Below, in pieces: positions 35,701-48,544 of a DNA stretch of 64,000 nucleotides. Location: NCBI RefSeq assembly GCF_964355755.1, contig NC_092678.1, forward strand, positions 25,623,365 through 25,687,364, given 5' to 3'. Under the pieces are notes generated by a model. The model was not told where the DNA came from. It made no database searches and saw nothing but the letters and a program-made list of their open reading frames with translations. Within the stretch, counting starts at the first letter, position 1. Each line of letters begins with the position of its first letter. The translations under genes and the position numbers were made by a program. The DNA comes from Antedon mediterranea (taxonomy: Eukaryota > Animalia > Echinodermata).

Positions 35701-36877
35701 GGACCAATAAAATCCAGGGACCAATAAAAATCTAGGGACTAATAAAATCCGGGTACCAAAAGTCTGTAATTGGGGTTAAGACATATTGAGTGATTACTTA
35801 ATATATAGAATTGTTAAGTTTCAACATACTGGTGTAATTATACCACAAACGCCAACTGGTTGTTTGAGATGTAGTTGCCTCTTGGATTTGAACCCAGAGG
35901 GCAGCACATCACCATACACTCTCTTGGCCTCTTCTGCAAACCACTCCACAAATGATGTTCCATACATTATTTCTCCTCTAGCCTCTGTAATTGTTTTCCC
36001 CTATAATTAAAATAGGAAATATAAATAAGTATTTACTATTCATACTGTAGCTCATAAGAAGCTCTGTCTAAACTCTCAAACTTTATTTGACAAACAAATG
36101 TGATGTGCCCATATATGGAAATGATGTCGTCATATTACTATCATATTTTAGCACATCACTTCCCTATTTAGGCATATCACACTTTTTTTGTCAAACTAGT
36201 TTGATAGTGTAGTTTAGCAGTTAAAAAAAGAAATGGTAAAAGAAAATATTGATTATAAATGGATACTTACATTTTCAGCTGTCAATATTTGAGCCAGTTC
36301 TTCTTGGTTGTTTGTCATTATTGTGTACCATTTCTTTAATAGTTTACTCCTATCCTGAAATCAAATATATTTATATTCATAATATGATGCAATTTATCTC
36401 TGTACAGTCTCAGGGCCATAGCTCGCCTCGTCCGAAATTTTCAGTTTTCAAAACCCACCCCATTCCCCAAACACAGCTTGTCGTATTTTATATTAATAAT
36501 TATATTTAATTTAAAGCATCTCTGCCTTTTTGTCTGTTTTTAAACTCTCGCTACTGCCTTCAATATTTTTATATTTAAAAACTTAAACAACATACAAAGG
36601 CTGTGTAGTCTTTCCATTGTTTGAATGCTTTAGCTGCATGGTTAACTGCTGCTTCTGTTTCGTTCGCTGTCATGTCAGCTACTTCTGAAATCAGTTTCCC
36701 ATTTGCCGGATTCTTAACTGGAAATGTGCTGCCATCTTCTGCGGGGACCCATTTACCGTTGATGTAGGCGTTGCTGAGGGCAAGTGTCATGGCCGATCGT
36801 GATGACTTGCATATTGACGTCATAGACCTAATTGTCAATATGTTGTTGAAAAGTTTGTGTGACATTTTTCCGATCAT
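32716..36877 (-). CDS. ALDH5A1: Succinate-semialdehyde dehydrogenase, mitochondrial. Exons 36877-36596, 36354-36271, 36000-35830, 35524-35408, 34931-34788, 34621-34478, 34157-34002, 33525-33356, 32983-32716
   Basis: Motifs [45 protein letters not shown] (catalytic Cys), EETFGP and [17 protein letters not shown]. The basic, Ser-rich N-terminus is consistent with a transit peptide. Phases are consistent. Confidence 0.95.
33027..33141. mobile_element. MITE family A copy
   Basis: aagctctgtctacactttcaaact...aagtttgatagtgtaga. Confidence 0.75.
33580..33950 (-). mobile_element. tRNA-derived SINE, near full length, with a Deu/Nin-like central domain and LINE-like tail
   Basis: Minus strand: tggccgagcaattaagac (box A), gggttcacggc (box B), cttctcagataaggactataaaacataggtcc...ttaaagaacc core, and tail cagcgccttgagca...tggatatgtgctctttacaaat...tattattat. 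The family label is from memory of Deu-domain consensus sequences. Confidence 0.7.
34923..35084. repeat. 54-bp triplication spanning an ALDH5A1 splice acceptor
   Basis: ttccgcatactgtagcaaaatcacaatgaaattaataagatgtatgcattgata in three copies with a few substitutions. Confidence 0.93.
36060..36218. mobile_element. MITE family A copy
   Basis: agctctgtctaaactctcaaactt...aaactagtttgatagtgtag. A further partial copy lies at 34637-34717. Confidence 0.75.
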
Positions 36878-37479
36878 TTTTACATCTGAAAATAATAACT
36901 ATATTGTTTGTGAACTTGGTTACATATTTCAAAAAACGTCTTAAAAAAAACAAATAATAAATTTATAGATCATCGATTTCTTTCTTGTAATTGTATGGTC
37001 TTTAGCCTTCCTTCTTGCACACATCGAGTGTTAGAAGTTATGTGCTAGGCCTAGAATAACATGATTCACTCTCATCATCTAGGATGAGAGTAACTACGTA
37101 CTACTCTCTAGTGGAGTTTAAGTTTACCAAATGGGTGGAGTAGGAAATGGATTCTAATAAAGTCCCTAGCCTTTACACTAATATTGGATCAAATCTAGAT
37201 CTTGAAATTGATCATAATACTAAAACTTCATCTATCTCAGTGAGTAAATGTTGAAATTACCAAAAGCCCTGTTAGTGTTATGTTGCAAACTTTCACCACA
37301 CACCATCTACAAACCTCTGCACATTTAGGCCATAAGCAGTAGCTCAAAAGATGCCTAGAACATGGATTTCGTTCCCACCTCTTGGATCTACATTTTGAAA
37401 GTTGATATTGTGAAATGAATATGTTACACATACTATATCAAAAGTTCTCCATGAAATACTTGTACACTTTTGAGCAATG

Positions 37480-38530
37480 GCCTCTCAAAGGTACCCCACT
37501 ACTGCAAAAAAGGCACTTTTTGAGGTCTGGAGGTACTTTTATGGGCCAATATCTTTAAAAGTCTTTGTCCAAATGCAATTGTCTTTTCTCTGTGAGTAGT
37601 CCAGTATATTGTGAACACTTATCCAAAATTTAAAATTTAAAAAATAAGTATTTTGTATTTGAGGAAAACTGAAAAATTACAATTATTTAGTTGTAATTGC
37701 ACTTTTCAAGATGTTTAAGACACAATATCTTCGTAACTAATTGACATACCATATTTATATTTTTTTCCCAACTATTTGAGAGGGTTGTTAAACAAGATTC
37801 AAAGTTTCAGCTTGTCAGCTTCAGGGAGGTTTTATTTATGAAGATGCAAAAACTGAGATTTGGCCAATTTTATAGATAATTTTAATATCTTTTAGTCGTT
37901 TTTTGAGCAGTTATATTTTAATAATCAACTCTCACTATGTATTTATATTCATGCAATGGGTATCCTAGTGAGTTAGTGACACACAAGTGAAGTTTCAACG
38001 CAAAAGAAATTATTATGCAATAATATGATAGTAACTTACATTGCATTTTTTTTGTTTTTAGTGCCAATTTTGTGTGAACTCGACTCAAACCGTAAAAGGC
38101 GCCTGAATAAATACTATGCCTTTTCTGTACAACTACCCGAGAGGGTTGATAAACAACCTTTTCAAACCAGCTTGATGATTTTTTTTATATAGGATGATTT
38201 TTTTTATATAGGAAGATGCACTGCACCAGCTGAGAATTTGCAAATTTTATAGATAATTTTGATGTTTTATTTGTTTTTGAGGAGTACGTAAGCCTACATG
38301 ATTTCTTAGAAAATGACTTGCCATAATAATATTTATATTCATGCAATGGGTATGCTAATAGGTTAGTGACATCTGAGTAAATTTTCAACACAAACAATAA
38401 ATGATTATGCAATAACTTATTTATTGTAACTTAAATATTGCATTTTTTAGGAGTTTTTAGTGCCAATTTAGGCCAGGAGCTTCCATAAAAACAACCCATT
38501 TTTTTCTGTGAAACACCAGATAAGTAGGCC
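37480..38530. repeat. Probable non-autonomous repeat with an internal ~200-bp diverged duplication
   Basis: 37840-38075 resembles 38210-38470 (aattttatagataatttt...atttatattcatgcaatgggtat...gttagtgaca...ttgcattttt...tttttagtgccaattt). Confidence 0.5.
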
Positions 38531-40199
38531 TGCCAGCCCATTTTTACTGTTTTTATATTGATAACATGAATGTAAGTCTTGTGGAGAGAACTATTATTAT
38601 TGATAATGATATGAGATGGACATATATACACACAATATACAACAAATACCTTGTAATGTATTTTCATTTATTTTTTTTTGTTTCTTTTGGATTTGTGTTT
38701 TTTTACAACCCTACATGTTGCCCAATATACAATGTATATAATCCTACTCTTCTCTAGATACGTTGTACCAGCATAACTAGTAGTCAAGTAGAAAAGTTGT
38801 CAATTTCAGGTGCGGCATGGCCAGTGTACAATGGAAATAGCAAATATACTTTAACTAATTAATAAGTAATAATTACTATGTGGAATATCCTTCATATACA
38901 GTATGTACATACTACGTGGTAGGTAGGTACAATTAAACATAGATTCAGCAACATTTGCAGTAAGTATTTTACATTCAGCCAGTTGATGGTTTTGAAGTTT
39001 ATGAAAAATTCAAGATGATGACAATTGTTTTGAAGTTGGTATCATTTCTGTAACAAATAATCAAGAATAGATTATCTAATTTATATTGATTACTTAATAT
39101 TTTAGTTAAACTGAATATTATTAAATTACAATGAATCTTTTTGGTTTTATATTTAAAAATTAGTTCAGATTTGTGGTAAACCATACACAGAAATGTTGAA
39201 ACATTTTCAACTTTACTTATTCTACCACACACTTTCCATTACTATATATAGTGTTTATTGACAATGCAACCTGGTATATAAAACATTTTTAAAGTAATGG
39301 ATGTTTTTCAGCTATTTCTTGCATTCATTACTACTGTATTTTTAACTTTCATTACTAATTTTACTACTATTGTATATAATTATAACAAAACATAAATCAT
39401 TTGGCATTTCTCATCTCTACATTAAAAAAGGATCCAAAACTTACCAGAATCAGTGAACGTGTTCAGCATTTTGGTGCCTCCTTTCCACTAGACAACCTAG
39501 ACATAAATAATTGAATATAAATTGAATTGAAATGATACAGTTGAAATGAAATAAATTATTTTAAATTAAAATTAAGCATTTATAAATAAAAATAATACCG
39601 GGCTGATGTATGAATACTAGGCCTAGCTAGCTAGGCCTAGTCTTCGGACCAGGCCATCAAAATGAATGCATAATACTAAATAGGATAGCGCCTAGGTACA
39701 GTATAGGGAAAGCCTGCTTACTCTAGGCCAGACCAAATTAATTATTTCAAACAATTGTAATTATTAATAATAATAAATAATAATATATTAATTTTAATGT
39801 GTATTTATTATGTTTGCTCAAAATGTACTAAAATTATGCTATCCTCACCTGTGTCTTTGTATTCCGTTTGTCGCCGTTTTAACTTAATAACAGCCCATTA
39901 AGTTATAGTTTAGTAGCAGGCCTAACTGTACTGTGCTGCTGCTGCTGGGCCTACCTAGCCTATGCCATCTTGAGAGTAGCCTAGTATACACCTCCAGACC
40001 TAGGCCAGTGTGCTACCTTAAGCCTTTAAGTTTAGGCTAGAGCCTAAAGACGTAGCTAGCTAGCCTAGCCTTTCTGTACGAATATTATTAATATAGCACA
40101 CTGGTTTAAGTGGTAACATTCTAAAAATCCCATTTCTTATATGAGCAGGAGACTATTTCAATACAATAGGATGATCATAAGATGCATCATTTCTTCGTT

Positions 40200-40890
40200 T
40201 ACAGTAGCATTTGTTCGGTGGGGAATCAAACAAATTTTCCTCCACGTCTAGCTCCATTCATCATTGAATATTTTTGTCCACGTGTGACGTTGCCGTGTGT
40301 GAGTTTTGGGGATTCCCCTCATCTGTAAACAGAGCATGATTGGTGAAATACGATCACGTGGTACAGTTTTTAAGACGTTGCGGATAATTTGAACGTGTAA
40401 CGTTCGGCCCGACCAAATCACTCACGCGGTGTATATTAAAATAAAGTACCAAAATAAAACAGTAATTTCTCAAAATTGTCTAACACGATTATGGAGAACT
40501 TTTGATATGTTGTTATTTATAAAATTATTATTCTAAATATGTAAAGAAATTGTAGATCCATGACATCGGAACGAGATGAAACGTTAGAATTTACTGCTTA
40601 TGGCCTAATTGTCATTGACGTTTTGTTTATCAAATCTGACCTTTGACACATCCAGGGCAGTACTAATAAAATCTTTAGATAGTACTCAAACAAACGTATT
40701 TAAGTCTATAAATTCTAAAATAAAAAATAACAGAATTTCAAATTAATAACTGAAAATACGTATTAATTATCCAAATAACGTGGTATAGACGGTTACTAAT
40801 TGAAAACGAAAGAATGATTTCCAAAATATATTCTCGTAATTGAATTCGTAAAAAGAGCAGACAGCAATACAGAGTAGCAGTAGAAACACA
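40200..40890. promoter_or_regulatory. Divergent promoter region of ALDH5A1 (-) and GTF3C6 (+)
   Basis: Head-to-head genes with a cluster of ccacgtg, tgacgt, ggggattcccc (40308-40318), tgattgg and tcacgtgg motifs. Probable ALDH5A1 5'UTR exons at ~39445-39496 and one ending at ~39849. Confidence 0.55.
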
Positions 40891-42445
40891 ATGGCGACAG
40901 CCAAAGATAATGTCATGCCTGATGAAGATTCGGATGAATGGGAGGAGGAGGTAGGAAAAGAATATTACTTTATTCAAAATATAATAGTTAAATATAATGT
41001 TTCAATATAATGGTGTAAGGTTAGATGTAAGGCTATAGAGCTAGGCCCGCTAGGGCTAGGCCTGGGCTCTCTCTACTATCTACCTACCTAGTAACCTAGC
41101 TAGCACACCACGCCACGCCACAGTACTAAGATAGGCCTATGCAACCAAGTAGGTAAAGGTTGCCGCTTTGAAAGTAGCAAATTCACCCAATTAATGTGAT
41201 TAATTTACAATTACAGGAGTACTATGTTTTAGTGGAACTGTCTGGAATATCACATGATGAATTCAAAAATAGTAAAAATTGTGAAGTCATTGTAAGTATT
41301 ATTATTAAATCTTATTGATATGAGAAACTCAATAGTTCTTTTCAGAATTAATAATGTGGTGTACGGCAAACTTTATATCAACATTTGATTTCTCCATGAA
41401 AACCTTCAAACAATATATCATTAAATCATTCATTTTAATAATGCACCTTTTTAAAAACAAGTACTTTAATATAACTTTATTTAAGTCCTTGTTTAAAATT
41501 ACTACTGTATGCGTTCATGGAGGTATACCTCCATGATGTGTTTAAGTCAAGCATGTTTTACAGTTTACATGATTGGAACCATAATGTTGTTAATGTTTAA
41601 TAATGTTGTCTTTTCTACAGGATATAGATTCTCCCAGTCCACATCTTAAACTGGACAACTGTATATTTAAGGGACAGTACAAGCACACAGTGGGAACAGC
41701 GGTCATTTTTGAGGAGGGAAAGGAAAGTAAGACAAATGGACAGACAGACAAACTTGCTATTTATAGATTTGTAATTATTTACAAATAACACCAGGAGAAC
41801 ACCAGGAGACTGTATTGTCATTCACTCACATACACAGGCCTTGTCTTTGAGTCATGTGATCACTTTCTAAACACACTCCTAAAATGCCTCCAAGGTGCAT
41901 GGTTGTATAGTAAGCTTAAACACCTACACACCTGAGTTCAATTTGTAGCGCAACTGTAATTTTCAAAAGTTTGCACATACTTAGTTTTGGGTTTTTTTTA
42001 AACAGAAACTGAAGATGATGTACCAATGATGAATTACTTGTGTAAAACTGTCCAAAAACTTGAAATGGAAAGAGTTTTCTTGAAACCAAAGACGTCTGCA
42101 TCAACAACAGGTACGAATATTTGTGGGTTTCACTTTCCATGCTGTTGAAACGTGTATGAATAAATGGTAATATAGTGAGAGCCTATCTCTAGTTTCATTA
42201 TTCACTACATCAACACCCTCACGACTCTCATCGATCGATCGGTTGATTGATTCTCATCGATCGATTGATTGTTTGATTTGTTAGCTTAATTTACCTGTCT
42301 TCCTCTATTATTGCTCTTTTTCTAATGTCACAAATTAATCAAAATACTGCTTTATTCTAAAGATACTCCCAGTGAAAAGTTAGAAACTACAGATGAATTG
42401 GATGAAGGAACATCATCTGAAGACAAAGCTATGGACACAGGCTGA
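40891..42445 (+). CDS. GTF3C6: General transcription factor IIIC subunit 6-like. Exons 40891-40950, 41217-41291, 41621-41726, 42006-42110, 42363-42445
   Basis: DEWEEE-EYYVLVELSGI...DIDSPSPHLKLDNCIFKGQYKHTVGTAVIFEE...YLCKTVQKLEMERVFLKPK matches the TFIIIC_sub6 pattern. Phases are consistent; 142 aa. Confidence 0.88.
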
Positions 42446-43587
42446 TGACTATCTACAAATGCTAAGAGATGTACATACGGTTTTTATCAGAAGATGCAAA
42501 AGTTGCAGCCTATATCCAGCATCATTAAAATATAAGTGCTTTGTGAAATGCTACAGTAGACACATAATGTACTAATATAGGAGAGTTGCATGCCTATATA
42601 AATCATTTATGAATAAAAAGCTCTTTTTAAAGATAGCAGTTTGTATCAATGGGAAATGCTAGAGGTGTCATTCTTTGACACACAAACATTAAACTTATTA
42701 TTATCTTGAAATATAAGGGCTTTACTAAGTACATATACATAGATGTACATACAATTCCCAGAATTCTAAATGCCAATTCATCTATGAATAAAAGGCTCTG
42801 TTTCAAGATGTGTATTTCAATGTGTATCAATGTGAAATCCTAGGACACTACAGAGGAAAATTAAACTCATTATTAACTTGAAATATAAGGGCTTTGCTAC
42901 AGTCAGTAGACACATAGTGTACTGATGCACCACCAGAGATGTAGACTGGTTTGTTAGAATCTACAGTGTGTACATATATACCTTGTAGGTTAAAGTATTT
43001 AATTTAATCCAGTACTGTATTAATGGTATTTAAATAAGTGTTCTTGTTCACCAAGTTCGAAGGAAAAGTATATATTTTTGTTTAAGTACAGTACTTACAT
43101 TTTTAATTTAACACGATTTACATGGTTCTATTTGATTTTTATTTGATATCCTGGATTTGTTTCCTTTTATTGACATATCCTTGTGTGGCCTATCATGAAG
43201 TAAGCTTCATAAAATAGTGATGTTCCAAGAAATTATAAGAATAAGAAATTGTTAGCCAATAATTGTCAGGGGCTATTCGTCACATATCAACAAGAGCCGT
43301 TCACGCAATGTTGGTGTTCTGGTTCCCTAGGTGATCATAAACTCGTGTGACCACAAACCGCTGACCATAAATATGTGGGTGGCTGGAAACGATCGTGTTA
43401 AACTTTAATTGACCCTTAGGAGACAAAATATAGTCATTAAAAGTATCAATGAAGTTGTTATGCAACTTTAATGGTGATGATGGTGATAACAATACATTGT
43501 ATTCAATTTAATTTTTCTTGAAATATTCAACAAAATTTAGTCTACATTTCATTTATGTTCATTGGTTTTAAAGTTGACGGTCAGCCA

Positions 43588-43716
43588 ACGAGTTTCCCGC
43601 GCAATTCGAGAACTTACGCGTTTCCCGCGCAATACGAGAACTTACGAGTTTCCCGCGCAATACGAGAATTTACAAGTTTCCCGCACAATACGAGAACTTA
43701 CGAGTTTCCCGCGCAA
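43588..43716. repeat. 28-bp tandem repeat, 5 copies, each containing TTTCCCGC
   Basis: Unit cgagtttcccgcgcaatacgagaactta, with the TTTCCCGC core at 43593, 43621, 43649, 43677 and 43705. Confidence 0.93.
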
Positions 43717-44622
43717 AATTGTATTGTGTTCTTTTGTACATAAAAACAAAGGCACGTCTAATTTTCGTTAAAGCAGCTGCTTAGTTCGGATTATTTGTGA
43801 CAATAGTAGCAAACCTACAAAATAAAAGACGATCAAGTTTATAAAAAAAAACCAACAATAAATTATGTAGAAAATTAAAATTTATAATTCCCCTGTTTAA
43901 GTTTTCTCCAACTTCCGTAGGCCTAATAAACATAACGATAAAATTACTGTGACTAATTTTCTACGTAATTGCAAGAAATTCGGCGTCATGTTCCGATGGG
44001 AAAATAGTATCATGGGCGTATATTCGGGTGTTTTATGCACATGTGTATGATAACACCATAGAGATATTATAGTATAATATCTCTATGATAACACCGATCG
44101 CGATTGAGGTTTTTTTTTTCAATTTATACATTGTACTAATTACTTAATAAATACGAGGTCAGTGATTTAATCGTTGACTTATAAGATGATGCAAATTGGC
44201 CGCATGTAAGCTTGCTAAATAAATCATTAAAATAGCAAAAAATGTAACAAAAATGTGTATACAAAAAGGACGCTACATTGGTCACATGACCACGTCTAAT
44301 ACACACGCACTCTTCACTAGCCTATTGTTGTTTTGCTTAGTGAGAAAGCGTGGATACTACCCGTGCTTCCCGATGTGAGCTGCTGGAGGCGTCCGTAGTC
44401 CAATATACGCTAAACCTTACTTGCTCACAAATCAACATAATTTCCTCTATTTAATTGCACTGCTGTCCTGTATATATCTGGTAGTAATTAAATAAATTGT
44501 GGACATTTTATTTATTTTTTTCTGCGGCTCTCGGCGGGCGTAAAACGTTGGTTGCTTAGCTAAGCGAACGCAGACGATACGCGAAGAATAGATCAAGGAA
44601 AGCAGACGACATTTCACAAAGA

Positions 44623-47600
44623 ATGAGTTCAAAAAAGGGAGAAGATTCCGCCATTGAAGAACCAACAAGAAGAGGCAGAGGACGGCCTCGAAAATATCCG
44701 AAACCAGACCCTGTAAGTAGTATGCTTTTTTCTATAAATATTAGCATTTTTTTCATTTATTAAACGTCTGGTGTATTGTTGACAATTTTGATGATTTTTT
44801 TTACATTTTAGTCAGAGGAGCCAAAAGAAAAGCGACCTAGAGGAAGGCCAAAGGGTAGCACAAAAGCAACGACTGTAGCGAAAAAGGTAAAAAATAATAC
44901 CATTACTTCTCACTGTTAAATATGCTATTATATTACTCTGATATTATATGCCAAGTGGGCGCCATGACACCAAAGTACATGCTTATTATTTGTGTACTAA
45001 TAATATTCGCGATTAAAAATACGCGATGTTGCGTTGCGTTGGTGAAGGGTGTGAGATCGGGCGCATTTGAATTCTTTTGTTTAAAAAAAATCGTGATTTA
45101 TAAAGTTTTTGTTTAGAATTGAGTATAATTTTATTTTTTTGTTTAGGCCTATGTCTATAATGTGTTAATATATTTATATTTAGAAAACAGTAGTGGCCAC
45201 CTCTTCAAGTGGAAAAAAACGAGGTCGAGGTAGACCACGAAAAACGGCGGTAAGCAATATTTAATTTGTATGCATAAAATATTAAATAGAGTAGTTTATT
45301 AGGTCATTTATTTGATATGTACTTTTTATAATTGCTTTAAATAATATGCTACACAAAGTTTCCTGATGACTCAACTAGAACATATTTACAATATTTACAT
45401 GAAATAAAGTAATACACATACCAAATTAATAGAAAGAGAAAATGAAAGTGTCTAAAGCCTTGTATACTATAAAACAAATATGATGTGCCCATATATGGAC
45501 ATGATCACGTATCACTACCATATGTGGGCATATCACTACCATATTTGGGAACATCACACTTTTTTTTGTCAAACTAGTTTGATAGTGTAGATAGAGCTTT
45601 ATGTTTTTTATGCTACTATGCGTTTAAATTGGTTTACTCAAAGTGTACACTGCTAAATTTTCTAGTTTTGTGTCAATATTTTGATGTAGTGTTCTTTATG
45701 CTGTAGATTGTGTCAATATTTTGATATATTGATAGATACAATAGGGTCAAAATGCAGTACTGTACTAAGTTAGATTTGAGTGTTTTTGGGTAAAATGTTG
45801 AATGAGAAGAGCTTAATTTTTATTTTATGGAAGGATTTCTCAAAAACTACTCTTTTTTGTTGTCAAATATATTGTTTTTGTAAAAAGAAAATTAGGAAAA
45901 TTTTTTGTAGCAATAAATTGTAAATTTAACAGCTTGTATGGCCACTTTCACACGCTATTTGGCCTTCTTGTATAAAAACATAAAAACAAAACTGGCTTGA
46001 CCCCTACATGACCTCTATCATGTGAGGAGTAATGTCAACATTACCTGGAATGTGACCCTATTATTTCTGCTGCTTCCCTCCTCTATTAAATCAGTGATTC
46101 TCTCATCATAATTGATAGATATATTTGAAATAATATTTATAACATTTCAGACAAATTTTAGCCAAAAAAGTGACTCAATTGGAAATATTATTACAATTCC
46201 TATATCATTTTAATTATTTTTCCTAAATAAATTAAAAATATCAAGTATTTAATTTATTTTATTCATTTCAAGTTTGAAATATTATTTATAACAATGTTGC
46301 AAGCTCAATTCAGCATTTCAGACTGCCAACCAAAAAAGTGATTCAATCAAAAATTATAATTATTATGGTACACATTTTTAAACTATATCATTTATAGTTT
46401 AATATTATTATTATCCTATATTAAAAATATAATTTTATTTATTCATTTGAAGTTAAGATTGAATGTAAAATTAGAAATATTAAATTATTAAAATTATATT
46501 TTCCTAAATTAAAAAGATAGATTATTTAATTTATTTTGTTCATTTGAAGTTTAGTGACAATCTTATCAAAATGACAACATCAATTGAATGTGTACAATAT
46601 CTTGTACTTTTTTATATATTGTTGTCTGTAACCCAGAAACCAAATTCTTAAATCTAATTTAAAATGTTAAGTATGTTGAACCCACTACTACCTCATGCAG
46701 ATCATTACCAGGAGGAGTTCACATTTAGTAACAACATACTTTTATACTTGACATTCTCTAATACAGTAACATTGATATCGTCAACATTTAGGTAACCAGT
46801 ATATATTTTGAAAATGTTTTATGTTTTATTTATTTATTCAAATTTCTGCCAATAACAAACAAATTTTAACAACATTGTCATAAATTGAAAATTGAATTGA
46901 AAGTATAAAGTATAGAAATTATTGCAAAAAATAATGGAAAGATTGGTAAAATGGAATTAAAATTATCTTGATACTAAAATAAATAAAATTATGAATTAAA
47001 TAAATTATAATAAATAAATGAAGGACTATTAAACATAGATGCCTCAGATAGATCAAAGGACTCTTTGAATTAAAATGATCTTGATACTAAAATAAATTAT
47101 GAATTAAATATATTTATTAAATATATTATTAATTAATAAATACATGAAGGTTTATGATATAGTATTAAACACAGATGCCTCAGGTAGATCATAAGACCTC
47201 TATGATCAATATGCTTATTACATTTACCAGGCTGCAGCAGCAGCCATCCTTTGGTCCTTCTTTGTTCTCTGTCTTTTCTTTGTTAACATCATTCCTGCCT
47301 TCTGCTCAATTACTAAATGTCTGTACAGTACTTAAGCATCATAATGTATTTTGGTATGTTGTATCATTTGCTTTTCTAAAATGTTAATGTTCCCAAATTG
47401 TTCATGGTCTATTCAAATTCTCTCAAAATAATTATTAATATTATATTTAAAATTATAGTAAATTTACTTAAATCATATTAATTATTAGAAAAATAATTTA
47501 AATGAAATTTATATAAAATTTGTTTCAATTATGTGTTTTTTCTGAAATATAGATAATATTGAACATTCCAATTAAATGTACTACCATTATTTTTTGAGAA

Positions 47601-48452
47601 AATAAATTATAATTTAAATGAAACTCCGACTGGATAAAATATGTACAGCAAAATTGTATCCAAGCTGATGGAAGCGTGACCTGTTTAGGGATCTTCTTAG
47701 AAAAGCTATTTATTTGAATCTGAGCTTGTCCCTGACTACATAAAACCTTTACTACTTATTTCACTCTCTTGGCATTTTCCGTTTATTATTGTTAATGTTT
47801 CGTTTTGTCGTAAGAAGATTAATTATTTAAATCTAGGTTGAGGTCAAATCATAACCGATAGCTGATTACTCAGGCGTGACAAATTTTTAATTAAAATGCC
47901 ACAATACTGTCTATAGAATTTTTGATTTAAAAACATATCAATGTTTAATATGAATTTTGAGTATTAATGAAAGTTGGACAAATAATAATATAGTAATATA
48001 AAACAGTATCAGCAGAAACACAAAATATCCTAAAATTCAAACTGGAATTAAAAATTACAAAAGGTTTCTAAAAGAAGAGGCACGATTGGTGCATGGGGAG
48101 GGAAATGGTCTTTGAAATATCCCCCGAGTTACAGCAACATTGGCAAATTTAATATTCACAGAGGGAGACAAACATATTAATCAAATCTTATTCAATAATG
48201 TGAAAGACTGTAGATATAAAATATTTTATTTTCTTTCTTGTTTGTTTTGTAGTCTGAAGACACAAAGGTAAGGATACATTGAGACATAATGATATGTTGA
48301 ATGTACAAATACAACTTAATGATTTGGATGATAATGATTGATGAAACTTGATTTAGATAATGACATCTTGTTTTCCTTTTCAGACTCCAAAGAAAAATAA
48401 AAATGCAGAGGCAACATCGGAAGAAGAGGAGGAGGAAGAAGAAGAGCAGTAG
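44623..48452 (+). CDS. HMGA: HMGA (HMG-I/Y family, HMGA2-like exon structure), 104 aa. Exons 44623-44712, 44812-44886, 45184-45249, 48253-48267, 48384-48452
   Basis: Three AT-hooks, one per exon (RRGRGRPRK, KRPRGRPK, KRGRGRPRK), a 15-nt exon SEDTK and an acidic tail SEEEEEEEEEQ*. All introns are phase 0 and the third is long. Confidence 0.93.
45455..45599. mobile_element. MITE family A copy
   Basis: tgatgtgcccatatatggacatgat...aaactagtttgatagtgtagatagagcttta. Confidence 0.75.
47231..47335 (+). other. Candidate alternative terminal exon of HMGA encoding a hydrophobic tail
   Basis: Acceptor ttacatttaccAG|; phase-0 translation AAAAAILWSFFVLCLFFVNIIPAFCSITKCLYST*. No transcript evidence is available. 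Confidence 0.35.
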
Positions 48453-48544
48453 TTAGAAATTAAAAGAATGATGGATAAATGTTTAGACAAATTAACAAAT
48501 GAAAGAATTGCTGCAAATGATTACTCTGTGATCAGGGTAATCCT

